Below, one piece after another: positions 31,922 to 41,569 of a stretch of 64,000 nucleotides of DNA. This stretch comes from Methanomassiliicoccales archaeon. GTDB taxonomy: Archaea > Thermoplasmatota > Thermoplasmata > Methanomassiliicoccales > UBA472. The notes under the pieces were generated by a model that ran no database searches, was not told the DNA's origin, and was given only the letters and a program-made list of their open reading frames with translations. Position 1 is the stretch's first letter, and each line of letters opens with the position of its first letter. Position numbers and translations under genes: made by a program. Location: NCBI GenBank assembly GCA_038740345.1, contig JAVYMA010000005.1, positions 21,965-85,964 of the forward strand, in the 5' to 3' direction.

Positions 31922-34900
31922 GTGGATGGGAAAGTAGGGGATATGGAGGGGACAGAGGTTCTAATCTCCCGGCTCAAGGTATACCAGGACAGGCTCTTGC
32001 ATACTGATTGGCGTAACCGATCCATATTCCTGAGGCGAATAGACAAGAAATTCGTTTTGGATCTTGGAAGGCTGTGGAATGGGGACGTCAAGAAAGCAGA
32101 TGATTGCTTGAGGAAGGCTTTGAGGACCCATTCCGAAATCCAACTGGTCAAGGATTCGGACCGGAGCGAATGGGCTGACCAAGTACGCGCCAACTGCTCC
32201 GCCCTGGATAGGACGGCAAGAACTATAGAAGAGGAGATGGGGCTTAGCGACCTCTATCTTGGATTCCCTTTCCTGGCGGGGAGGCCTTGTCCCGAGGGTT
32301 ATGTGCGCGCCCCGCTGCTCCTTTTCCCGGTGAGGCTGGAAAGGGTACGTTCCGAAGGGATACCCGGTTGGTATCTCACCTTCCAAGATGAGGAGCCTAT
32401 TCTTAACCGAGCTCTCCTGGCAGCATTGAGGAGGCTGTGCGGCATATCTCTACCAGATGATCTGCAGGAGCGAGCTTTGGATTTAATAGAGACTTCCCCC
32501 AAAGATGGACTTCCAGATTATCTAGTGGAGCGTTTCCAGGCCTTACTATCACCCTACCTTAAGCTAGAGCCAGCAATACCAATGGACAAAGTGCCACTGC
32601 TAAATGATCTGACAACTAGCGACCTCGATGGTTTTGATAAGGTGGAGCTAGCCTTGGTACCTTTTGCGGCGGTCGGTATCTTCCCTCAAGGCTCTACTGC
32701 CATTTACCAGGATTACGAGCGCCTCCTCGAGCGCGTGCAGAAAGGAGAGACAGATCTCGGATTCTTGGATGATCTCTTGGAAGTCCATCATCTACGCGCT
32801 ACCCCTCCCTCCATACCAAATGTGGACATAGATTCCACCCCGGATAGAGAGCTTAATAATATTCTCCCCTCGGACTCGAGTCAAGATCAAGTGTTGCTAG
32901 AAGCACAGAGGGCTGAAGCAGTGGTGGTGAGGGGGCCACCGGGGACAGGAAAGTCCCAAGTCATAACCAATCTCATCGCCAATGCCCTGGCGAAGGATCA
33001 GAAAGTGCTAGTAGTGTGCCAGAAGCGGGCCGCTTTGGATGTGGTGCACCAGAGATTGGGTAGGGTGGGGCTCTCGGATGTGGCGGTAGTGCTGCACGAC
33101 TCCCGTGCAGATAGGGCGAAGATGTACGCCATGCTCTCCCAGAGACTGAACGGAGACCCTCCTCTGCGGGATGAGGGACTAGAGAGAAGATTCGCGCAGG
33201 TCAGCTCGGAGATCGACTATGTGGTTCAGGAGTTGAATGCCTTGGTCAAGCCTTTATGGAAGGAGATGCCTAATGGCGTTCGTCCGAGGGAGCTCTATCT
33301 CAGGGCTGCGCCTAGTTATGTGCCGAGGATGAACCTTGGTTCTCTTCCCTACCGTCTCACCGCCTCTGAGCTTGATTCCCTAATAGCCAAGCTGCCTGAA
33401 CTGCAATTAGGTTTTTGGCGCTTCGACCGTGCACCATATCCATGGCAAGCTAGGATTCCCTTTTCCCAGTTCGAGCTCAAGGAGCGTTTCGAAATTGATG
33501 CGGCCCTGCTGCGCGCTATCTCTTTCTGCCTGCAGGAGACTTTGGTCATCGGTGATCCACAGAAGCAAAGCGAGGCGCTTAGCCTTATGAATGATTACTT
33601 TTCTTTGGAGGGAAAGTTCCTACATCAAATCCGTCCTAGATGGCGGTCCTCTCTCAAGCTGCTCAGTTCACTCCGAAATCAGTTCCCCAGCGATCCCAGG
33701 GTAAATGACGCTCAGCGCACGAGGGATGCGCTTTCCCTAGGGCTGGAATTGATGCAATCCGTGCAAGATTTAGGGCGGTGGCTCAGTCCCAGAGGATTAA
33801 AAGAGCTTTTGGACATGGCTTCGCAGCCTGGCATCTTGCGAGAAAGGCTGGAGGCGATGCGCAGCGCACTCAAAGATTTCGATGCCATGAAAGAGCATGA
33901 TAGGCGCGTGGCTTCGCTGAGCCCTAAGGAGCGCGAGGCCTATGATCTTTGTTCGGCTCAACTCCCGGCGGATGGTGAGCCTTGGAAGCTCGTCCTGGAG
34001 CAGGAGATGCTGCTTTCCTGGATATCCGAGTTCGAGAGGACACATCCTCTTCTGTCAGGCGACCCCCTCTCTCGTTATCGAGGCCTGAGCGCTAGATTGG
34101 CAGAACTTCTGGAAGAAAGAAGAGAGCTTTTACGCCGTTGGCTTGCTTGGAAGGCCCTCGATTCCTGCAGAAGGAGGCGCCTGCCTCCGGGAGAGCATCA
34201 TCCCAACAAAAGACCGGAGACAGAATGGAACAGACTGTTGGACGAGTTGAACAAGAAACGAAGAGTAAAGTCTGTACGCCAGCTAATGGAGCTATATCCC
34301 TTCCAGCTCATGACCGCAGCCCCTGTATGGCTGGTCAGCCCGGAGGTGGTTTCCGAGGTATTCCCCTTACAGAAGGGGCTCTTCGATCTGGTTATATTCG
34401 ACGAGTCTAGCCAGCTGGCAGTAGAAAGGGCCTTACCGTCCATATACCGAGGGAAGAGAGTGGTCATAGCTGGTGATGAGAAGCAGCTTCGTCCATTCGA
34501 CCTCTTCCGCAGCCAGGACGAGGAGGAGCTAGACGAAGTCACCGAGGCCGAGAGCCTGCTGATGCTCGCCATGCGGAATGTCTCTCCTCGCTACCTGAGT
34601 TGGCACTATCGATCTAAGTTCCAGGAGCTGATAGATTTCAGCAATTACGCCTTCTATGAAGGGAATCTCCAGATAGCGGCCAATGTGCAGCGACTCTTCG
34701 AGCGCGCCCCCATTGAATTTGTCAAGGTGGAGGGAAGATGGGAGGATAGGAGGAATAAGGTTGAGGCGGAGAAGGTGGTGGATCTGATATACAACCTTCT
34801 CTCTGAAGGGGAGCGAAAGGGCAGGATTCCCTCTATAGGCGTGATAACGTTCAACGAACGGCAACGCGATCTGATAGAAGATGTGATAGAAAGCAGAAGG

Positions 34901-35686
34901 ATTACTGACAAAGAGTTCGACAGGCTTTTCGCCCTCTCCTCCTCACCCTCCCGGAACCTGGACGATAGGCCGTTCGTTAAGAACATCGAGAACGTGCAGG
35001 GCGATGAGAGGGATGTAGTAATCTTCTCCGTGGCCTATGCCAAAGACTCATCTGGAAAGTTGAGGGTGCAATTCGGACCCCTCAATCTGGAGGGGGGTGA
35101 GAACAGATTAAACGTGGCGATAACGAGAGCTAGAGTGAAGGTGATAATGGTCGCCTCCTTCGACCCCGCAGAACTACCGGTGGAAGAGGTCAAGAACCTC
35201 GGCCCCAAGCGTCTAAAAGACTATCTCCTCTATGCCCAGGCGGTCTCCCGAATGGATAGGGAGGAGATGAAAGATGTACTGAAACGTGTGGGGACCTTTA
35301 AGTCCGAGGGAGCTCCTGAAGAGCGTGCACCCCTGAGCCTTGAGAGCATGATCAAGACCGCCTTGGAAGCCCAAGGACTGTTGGTGGAGGAAAGAGTAGG
35401 GTTCTCCGGATACAAGGTGGACCTAGCTGTAGTGCACCCAAAAGACCCTTCGCGCTATATCCTAGGGATTGAGGGGGATGGGTGGTCCTTCCAAAGCGCC
35501 AAGAGCGCCAGGGAGAGAGACGTGGTCAGGCCCAAATATCTCATTGAGAGAGGGTGGAATCTAGAGAGGGTATGGTCCAGGTATTGGTGGAGAGATAGAG
35601 AAGGCGAGGTTCACCGCCTAATAAGAAGGATAGATGCGCTCTGCAAAGAAGTTGAATTCACTGCAAAAAGGCCCTTAGAGCCATAG
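31922..35686 (+). CDS. SF1 (Upf1/DNA2-like) helicase with DUF4011-like N-terminus and C-terminal Vsr/DUF559-like endonuclease module
   Basis: 1254-aa ORF with helicase motifs GPPGTGKSQ, VIFDESSQ, VIAGDEKQLRP, VQGDERDVVIFS and NVAITRARVKVIMV. The C-terminal block is GYKVDLAVV...LGIEGDGWSF...YLIERGWNLERVW. The start could be the ATG at 31943. Confidence 0.85.
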   Translation: MDGKVGDMEGTEVLISRLKVYQDRLLHTDWRNRSIFLRRIDKKFVLDLGRLWNGDVKKADDCLRKALRTHSEIQLVKDSDRSEWADQVRANCSALDRTARTIEEEMGLSDLYLGFPFLAGRPCPEGYVRAPLLLFPVRLERVRSEGIPGWYLTFQDEEPILNRALLAALRRLCGISLPDDLQERALDLIETSPKDGLPDYLVERFQALLSPYLKLEPAIPMDKVPLLNDLTTSDLDGFDKVELALVPFAAVGIFPQGSTAIYQDYERLLERVQKGETDLGFLDDLLEVHHLRATPPSIPNVDIDSTPDRELNNILPSDSSQDQVLLEAQRAEAVVVRGPPGTGKSQVITNLIANALAKDQKVLVVCQKRAALDVVHQRLGRVGLSDVAVVLHDSRADRAKMYAMLSQRLNGDPPLRDEGLERRFAQVSSEIDYVVQELNALVKPLWKEMPNGVRPRELYLRAAPSYVPRMNLGSLPYRLTASELDSLIAKLPELQLGFWRFDRAPYPWQARIPFSQFELKERFEIDAALLRAISFCLQETLVIGDPQKQSEALSLMNDYFSLEGKFLHQIRPRWRSSLKLLSSLRNQFPSDPRVNDAQRTRDALSLGLELMQSVQDLGRWLSPRGLKELLDMASQPGILRERLEAMRSALKDFDAMKEHDRRVASLSPKEREAYDLCSAQLPADGEPWKLVLEQEMLLSWISEFERTHPLLSGDPLSRYRGLSARLAELLEERRELLRRWLAWKALDSCRRRRLPPGEHHPNKRPETEWNRLLDELNKKRRVKSVRQLMELYPFQLMTAAPVWLVSPEVVSEVFPLQKGLFDLVIFDESSQLAVERALPSIYRGKRVVIAGDEKQLRPFDLFRSQDEEELDEVTEAESLLMLAMRNVSPRYLSWHYRSKFQELIDFSNYAFYEGNLQIAANVQRLFERAPIEFVKVEGRWEDRRNKVEAEKVVDLIYNLLSEGERKGRIPSIGVITFNERQRDLIEDVIESRRITDKEFDRLFALSSSPSRNLDDRPFVKNIENVQGDERDVVIFSVAYAKDSSGKLRVQFGPLNLEGGENRLNVAITRARVKVIMVASFDPAELPVEEVKNLGPKRLKDYLLYAQAVSRMDREEMKDVLKRVGTFKSEGAPEERAPLSLESMIKTALEAQGLLVEERVGFSGYKVDLAVVHPKDPSRYILGIEGDGWSFQSAKSARERDVVRPKYLIERGWNLERVWSRYWWRDREGEVHRLIRRIDALCKEVEFTAKRPLEP

Positions 35687-35942
35687 AGAAATTTGCGAGT
35701 GTGGAAGGTGCTTCATCATTGGGGCTTGTATCCGACCTCAATGATGGAGAAGGGATGTATAATTGCTCAAGGAGACAGGTGACTTGAGGTTCGCCCGGAT
35801 GTGGAGGGGATCTAAAACTCTTTTAACATGTCAAGGTGGACAGCGGAGAAATTAGCGAAATATAATTCCCTTTGAGTGCACACCAAGGATTTTTCTAAAA
35901 ATCTTTTTATAAGACGTCAGACATTTATCAGACAGTGATGGG

Positions 35943-36332
35943 ATGCTGGAATCGTTTTTTCTCCCTTCGGCAGCATGGTTGATATTAGGTGTGGTGATAG
36001 CGGTCCTGATCTTTCTGAATCAGAAGAAGAACGGCGAGAAGGGCTTGCTTTGGCCCCTCTTAGGCTTTCTCCTAGGCCTGATCGGCCTCTTGCTTTGGTA
36101 TTTATTGGTCGTGCGTAAAAGAAAGACAAAAGCAACTCAGTACCCTGCCAGGCCATCATATGGCGCACCCAATTATAAATTCGAGAAGAAAGAGGAGTCC
36201 GCAACGAAGACCGAGCAGGAAGCCAAGAAAGTCGTGCATCAAACCGAGGGGGCACCGCGTTGTCCCTCCTGCGGCGCAGCCATCTCCTTGCACGACTTAA
36301 AGTGCCCTGGCTGCGGCAAGGCCCTGAGGTGA
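35943..36332 (+). CDS. 2-TM (PLDc_N-like) membrane protein with C-terminal zinc ribbon
   Basis: The N-terminal 2-TM hairpin (LLWPLLGFLLGLIGLLLWYLLVVRKRK) resembles PLDc_N. A charged linker follows, then CPSCG...CPGCG. Confidence 0.5.
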   Translation: MLESFFLPSAAWLILGVVIAVLIFLNQKKNGEKGLLWPLLGFLLGLIGLLLWYLLVVRKRKTKATQYPARPSYGAPNYKFEKKEESATKTEQEAKKVVHQTEGAPRCPSCGAAISLHDLKCPGCGKALR

Positions 36333-36642
36333 CACTCCAGCAGAGAGTTGGCCCACGGGGAGAGCAACAGCCTGAGAATTTGGTGTAGCTCAGGCCCTGA
36401 TTTCGTGAGCGGAGCTGCTTTTCTTTCCTATCTCTTTCACGAATTTGCGTAGTGGGTAGGGCTCAAAGATATGGCAAGCGAACGTAATTGGTCTGTAATA
36501 GAGTTTTAATGTAAAAACAGGCCTTTGCCCTCTTTCGTTTGGATAACATGTGCTTCTTAACTGTGCCATCCTTTATCTTTACGTTTCTGACCCACTAATA
36601 TAGCCAGAGACTTTATGTTCGTCTCCCGTCATAGCCTCAACG

Positions 36643-37416
36643 ATGCTACGCGAGGGCGAAATCATCTACCTTCTGGACGATAAGGGCAGGAGGCATTTCC
36701 TCACTCTATCCAAAGATATGGTGAAAATTCCAGGTCTTGGTGTCATAGACGGCTCTAAGTTGGTTGGTGCGCCTGAGGGGTCCATGCTCAGGCTGGGAGA
36801 CAAGATATTTCATGCACTCCGTCCTGGAGCCAACGAATTGATGGAGTCGTTGGAGAGGGGGCCGCAGGTCATCACTCCCAAGGACGCCGCCGCCATTGTT
36901 TTCCGTCTCGACCTGAAGCCAGGTGATGTAGTCCTTGAATCAGGTGTGGGCTCTGGCTCGCTTACCACCGCCTTACTGAACGCGGTAGGGTCCGAAGGAC
37001 TCGTGATCTCAGTGGAGATGAGAAGTGAGTTCGCGGCCAAGGCGCGCAAGAACGTTTCTCGCTCTCCCTTCGTCAAAGCCTGGGACCTGCGCATCGGAAA
37101 CATCAACGAAATCAGATTGGAAAAGGAGCTGGATGCAGTCGCCCTAGACGTTCCAGAGCCCTGGTCGGCCCTCAGTAACCTAGAAACGTTCCTGCGTCCT
37201 GGAGGAAGATTCTGTGCTTTCGTGCCTAACGTCAATCAATTAGAGCAGACGGTTTTATCCTTGCGTCGCAGAGGCTACTTGGAAGTGGAGGCCCTGGAAA
37301 TCATGCAAAGACGTATGGAGGTGCACCCTGGAGGAGTGCGGCCTGCTTTCGAGAGCCTCGGTCATACCGGTTATCTCATCTTTGCTCGTCGGGCCTTGAG
37401 TGTAGGCAAAGGATAA
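36643..37416 (+). CDS. trmI: tRNA (adenine-N1)-methyltransferase TrmI/Gcd14 family
   Basis: An N-terminal beta domain is followed by the SAM motif VLESGVGSGSLT and LDVPEPW. Confidence 0.82.
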   Translation: MLREGEIIYLLDDKGRRHFLTLSKDMVKIPGLGVIDGSKLVGAPEGSMLRLGDKIFHALRPGANELMESLERGPQVITPKDAAAIVFRLDLKPGDVVLESGVGSGSLTTALLNAVGSEGLVISVEMRSEFAAKARKNVSRSPFVKAWDLRIGNINEIRLEKELDAVALDVPEPWSALSNLETFLRPGGRFCAFVPNVNQLEQTVLSLRRRGYLEVEALEIMQRRMEVHPGGVRPAFESLGHTGYLIFARRALSVGKG

Positions 37417-37443
37417 GTATATCTCAGAGCGTCCTATCGCCGA

Positions 37444-38103
37444 ATGAGCTGGGAATTCGCCATCACAGCCTTTGCTGCCATCTTCGCTATCGTCAATCCC
37501 ATAGGCAACATTCCATTCTTCGTCACTGTTACTGAGGGTTACACCAAAGAGGAGAAGCATAGGGTTATCGTCAAGATATGCATAGTCATGCTCGCTGTCC
37601 TCTTCGCCTTCGGCATCTTCGGTCAATACATCTTCATGCTTTACGGCATAACCATTCCCATGTTCAAGATAGCAGGAGGTCTGCTGCTCTTCTCCGTGGC
37701 CTTCGCCATGATGAGAGGGGAGCGCTCCCGAGCCAAGATCACCGAGGACGAGCGGCAGGAAGCGTTGGCTAAGGAGGAAATAGGTGTGGTTCCATTAGGG
37801 ATACCTCTGTTCGCTGGCCCGGGTGCCATTACCACCGTCATGATCTACATCTCCTACGCCATGGATTCCCCCGACATGATCTTTGATCTGGCCTCGGTGT
37901 TCATCTCTATCTTGGCGACCGCAGCCATTAGCTATGTCCTTCTCATCTACTCTCAACCCATCTTCGAACGCATGGGCCGAGGGGGGGCAGCCGCCTTCGG
38001 TCGCATCATGGGCCTATTGCTGGCCGCAGTGGCGGTGGGATTTATCATGAACGGGGTCTTCGATGCCGTCACGCTGTACATCGAGAGGGCGCCTTGGACA
38101 TGA
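37444..38103 (+). CDS. MarC-family (UPF0056) membrane protein
   Basis: Six-TM profile with the N-terminal FAIVNPIGNIPFF motif typical of MarC. Confidence 0.8.
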   Translation: MSWEFAITAFAAIFAIVNPIGNIPFFVTVTEGYTKEEKHRVIVKICIVMLAVLFAFGIFGQYIFMLYGITIPMFKIAGGLLLFSVAFAMMRGERSRAKITEDERQEALAKEEIGVVPLGIPLFAGPGAITTVMIYISYAMDSPDMIFDLASVFISILATAAISYVLLIYSQPIFERMGRGGAAAFGRIMGLLLAAVAVGFIMNGVFDAVTLYIERAPWT

Positions 38104-38163
38104 GAACTCCAACAACGGCCAACTGTTAAGTATGGCAGGTGAGATTCCACGACGGGTGCGTCA

Positions 38164-38403
38164 TTGGTAGTCGCTGAGATCAGGATAGAGCTTAAGCATG
38201 GCGTGGCTGACCCTGAGGGACAGAACACCAGGAAGGCCTTGGAACTTCTGGGTTTCAAGGATGTGAAAGGTGTGAGGACAGTGAAAGTCTTCGAAATCGA
38301 TATCGAGGCTTCCCCTGAGAGGGCGGTCCTGGAATGCGAAGAGATGTGCCGCAAGCTATTGGCGAATCCAGTCATACAGAAATACAAAATCACAATCAAG
38401 TGA
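38164..38403 (+). CDS. purS: phosphoribosylformylglycinamidine synthase subunit PurS
   Basis: 79-aa ORF with LKHGVADPEGQNTRKALELLGF. TTG start. It lies directly upstream of purL. Confidence 0.85.
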   Translation: MVVAEIRIELKHGVADPEGQNTRKALELLGFKDVKGVRTVKVFEIDIEASPERAVLECEEMCRKLLANPVIQKYKITIK

Positions 38404-38408
38404 TCAAC

Positions 38409-40739
38409 ATGTCGATCGATCATTTGATGAGCAGAAGGCCACTCCCCTTCGAACTCTTCGACATCGATATCCTCGCTGCTAGCGATGCCCAGCTCCTTGA
38501 AATTTCCTTGAGATTGGGACTCAACCTTTCATTGGAAGAAATGAGGACAGTGCAGAGGTATTTCGCCCAGAGGATGCGCAGGCCCACGGATGTGGAGCTG
38601 CAGTCGATAGGGCAGGCGTGGAGCGAGCACTGCTGCTACAAATCATCCAAGAAATTTTTGCGCGAACACATATTCGGCCTCTCGCACCCAGACATTATCG
38701 CCAAGGGCGATGCAGGAGTCATGTCCTTCAATGAAGAATATGCCTATGCGCTCCGTATCGAATCGCATAATCACCCCTCAGCCATAGAGCCGTATGGTGG
38801 TGCTGCCACAGGCATCGGGGGTATCGTGCGCGACGTACTCTGCATGGGGGCTCAGCCCATAGCCCTCATCGATCCCTTATTCTTCGGACCTCCTGACTAT
38901 TCGGGCGAGGTCCCGGCGGGGGTGAAGCATCCTAAATATCTTTTTGGAGGAGTGGTCGCGGGCATACGCGACTACGGGAATAGGATTGGTGTGCCCACGG
39001 TGGCTGGCGGCGTTTGGTTCGATGAGAAGTATGTGGGCAACTGCCTTGTTAACGTGGGTTGTGTTGGCATTGTAAAGAAGAGCGATGTGGTGCGCAACTC
39101 CGTGCGGGGAATAGGTGACGTGCTAATATTGGTCGGGGGTAGGACTGGTAGGGATGGGATACATGGAGTGACCTTCGCTTCGGCCGAGCTGCACGAGAAG
39201 TCAGAAGAGGAATCAAGGGGAGCGGTTCAACTGGGCGATCCGATAATGAAAGAACCTCTTATCCACGCCTGTCTGGAGGTCAATTCCAAGAAGCTGATCC
39301 ATGGGATGAAGGATCTAGGAGGGGGAGGGCTCTCCTGCGTAGTAGGCGAGATGGCCTTGGCCGGGGGATGTGGAGCCGAGGTACAGTTGGACAAAGTACC
39401 ATTGAAGGAAGAAGGACTGGCACCCTGGGAGATATGGGTATCAGAGTCGCAGGAGAGGATGATGCTAGCTGCCCCGGAGAAAAATGTTAAGCGCATCTTG
39501 GAAGTCTTTGAACTATGGGACGTCCCGGCTACGGTCATTGGCAGGGTCATCAAGGAGCAAGTGGTGCGACTCACATTCGAGGGAGTGAAGGTCTTCGAAT
39601 TGGAGCTGGACTTCCTTACCAAAGGGCCTGAGTACTGCAGGCCTATGCGCATCCAGCCCATGCCATCCGCCGTGGAGGAGGAGTTTCCAGAGCTTCCCCG
39701 CGATATGACCGATGTGCTTTTGCGCCTTCTGTCAGACCCCAACATAGCTTCGAAGGAATGGGTGATCCGTTTCTACGACCATGAAGTACGCGGAAACACA
39801 GTCATAAAGCCTCTACAAGGCAAATTGGGCATGCGCGGGCCCGGCGATGCCACGGTGATAAAGCCTTTGGATGATTCCTATCGTGGATTGGCCATAGCCG
39901 TGGGAGTCAACCCCTGGTTCACCTCCCTTGACCCCTACAAAGGAGGCATGGCCTCAGTAGACGAGGCTTGCCGCAACATCGCCGCCGTGGGCGGGGCTCC
40001 TCATTCCCTCACGGATTGCCTGAACTTCGGGAATCCAGAAAAGCCCGAGAGGTTGGGCGAGTTCCGCGAGGCTGTGCGAGGGATAGGGGACTTGGCTGCA
40101 ACACTTGGCCTTGCCTGTCCCTCCGGCAACGTGAGCTTCTATAATGAGACTGCAAAGGGGGCGTGTCTCCCTACCGCCACGATATTGGGTGTGGGTATAG
40201 TGAGCGATATCCGCAAATGCGTTACCACGGACCTTAAGCAAGAAGGAGACCCCATTTACCTGGTGGGCGAGACCAGGCATGAAATGGCAGGCAGCGCCCT
40301 TTATCGACTTTATGGGGGTCGGGGTGGACGAGTGCCAGACGTATCCCCAAGCGCTCTCTCTTTATCCCTTTCCTGCCTGCATGAATGCATCGCCCGCCGT
40401 CTAGTAAGGGCTTGTCATGATGTGTCGGATGGTGGTTTGGCGGTGGCCCTGGCGGAAATGTGCATCGCAGGCGACGTGGGCGTGAATGCCGACCTCTCCT
40501 CAATGGATAAATTGCCTTCGCCAGTGAAGCTGTTCTCTGAATCCAACTCCCGTTGGCTGGTGGAAGTGGCAAGAGAGAAAGAAAGTGAGTGGCTGGCATG
40601 CATGCGGGCTCCCCTCTGCAGGATAGGTACGGTGGGCGGGGAGATGCTTGTGATAGAGGACAAGGACGTCCTAGTAGATGTGGAGATAAAGGAGTTGAGG
40701 AGGGCTTGGTCGGAGCCATTGTGGAAGGTGATGGGATGA
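38409..40739 (+). CDS. purL: phosphoribosylformylglycinamidine synthase subunit PurL
   Basis: ESHNHPSAIEPYGGAATGIGG and duplicated AIR-synthase-like domains are present. I set the start at the ATG 6 nt after the purS stop, because the ORF-track start at 38334 overlaps purS. Confidence 0.93.
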   Translation: MSIDHLMSRRPLPFELFDIDILAASDAQLLEISLRLGLNLSLEEMRTVQRYFAQRMRRPTDVELQSIGQAWSEHCCYKSSKKFLREHIFGLSHPDIIAKGDAGVMSFNEEYAYALRIESHNHPSAIEPYGGAATGIGGIVRDVLCMGAQPIALIDPLFFGPPDYSGEVPAGVKHPKYLFGGVVAGIRDYGNRIGVPTVAGGVWFDEKYVGNCLVNVGCVGIVKKSDVVRNSVRGIGDVLILVGGRTGRDGIHGVTFASAELHEKSEEESRGAVQLGDPIMKEPLIHACLEVNSKKLIHGMKDLGGGGLSCVVGEMALAGGCGAEVQLDKVPLKEEGLAPWEIWVSESQERMMLAAPEKNVKRILEVFELWDVPATVIGRVIKEQVVRLTFEGVKVFELELDFLTKGPEYCRPMRIQPMPSAVEEEFPELPRDMTDVLLRLLSDPNIASKEWVIRFYDHEVRGNTVIKPLQGKLGMRGPGDATVIKPLDDSYRGLAIAVGVNPWFTSLDPYKGGMASVDEACRNIAAVGGAPHSLTDCLNFGNPEKPERLGEFREAVRGIGDLAATLGLACPSGNVSFYNETAKGACLPTATILGVGIVSDIRKCVTTDLKQEGDPIYLVGETRHEMAGSALYRLYGGRGGRVPDVSPSALSLSLSCLHECIARRLVRACHDVSDGGLAVALAEMCIAGDVGVNADLSSMDKLPSPVKLFSESNSRWLVEVAREKESEWLACMRAPLCRIGTVGGEMLVIEDKDVLVDVEIKELRRAWSEPLWKVMG

Positions 40740-41569
40740 GACAGGTGAGAGTTTGCGTTCTTCGCATAGAGGGCACGAACTGCGAGGACGAGACGGCTCG
40801 AGCCTTCAGAGAGGTTGGGGGGGCACCAGAGATGGTGCATCTCAAGCAATTGCTGCACCAGTGCCCCAAGGATATGGAAAGGGACCTAGAGGATTATGAC
40901 ATCCTAGCCCTTCCAGGAGGATTCTCCGCCGGCGATTACGTCAGGGCAGGAGCGATCTTCGCGGCGCGCCTTCGCTCGGCCCTTTCTCACCAGCTCAAGG
41001 ATTTCGTGCGATCGGGAAGGCCAGTGATAGGCATATGCAACGGCTTCCAAATACTAGTGGAATTGGGTCTGCTGCCCGCCATAGAAACGGCCATGAGTAC
41101 GGAGCCTGAGGCCGCTCTGTACGTAAACGATTCCGCTAGGTTCGAATGCATACCCACGCTGCTTAAACATGAGAACGACGGTAGTTGCGTGTTCACCCGC
41201 ACCATTCCAAAAGGGAAGGTAGTCATGTTCCCCAGTGCCCATATGGAGGGGAAGCTTATGTTGCCACAAGGGAAGGAGGGGGGGGTGCTGGAAAAGCTAG
41301 AGGAGAGAGGGCAGATAGTCTTCCGTTACGTGGACCCTCAAGGTCGGTATGCCGGCTATCCTTGGTCCCCCAACGGCTCCGTTTCCTCCATCGCTGGCTT
41401 GTGCAACCGTGAAGGTAATGTACTAGGCCTGATGCCTCACCCCGAGAGGGCGTTCTACCGCTACACCCATCCCGACTGGACTCGTACTCCCACGGACCCA
41501 TCAGGAGAGGGGGATGGCAGGGCCATATTCCAATCCGCCGTGGCGTATTCGCGCTCCCTGAGCAGGTGA
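40736..41569 (+). CDS. purQ: phosphoribosylformylglycinamidine synthase subunit PurQ (glutaminase)
   Basis: VCVLRIEGTNCEDE, the nucleophile elbow GICNGFQ and MPHPER are present. ATGA overlap with the purL stop. The ORF-track start at 40589 lies inside purL. Confidence 0.9.
   Translation: MRQVRVCVLRIEGTNCEDETARAFREVGGAPEMVHLKQLLHQCPKDMERDLEDYDILALPGGFSAGDYVRAGAIFAARLRSALSHQLKDFVRSGRPVIGICNGFQILVELGLLPAIETAMSTEPEAALYVNDSARFECIPTLLKHENDGSCVFTRTIPKGKVVMFPSAHMEGKLMLPQGKEGGVLEKLEERGQIVFRYVDPQGRYAGYPWSPNGSVSSIAGLCNREGNVLGLMPHPERAFYRYTHPDWTRTPTDPSGEGDGRAIFQSAVAYSRSLSR

Noticed and set aside
38334-38408. Upstream extensions of purL (from 38334) and purQ (40589..40735) as given in the ORF track.
   Set aside because: Both overlap the preceding gene in another frame. 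The internal ATGs give canonical N-termini and tight operon coupling, with a 6-nt gap for purL and an ATGA overlap for purQ.
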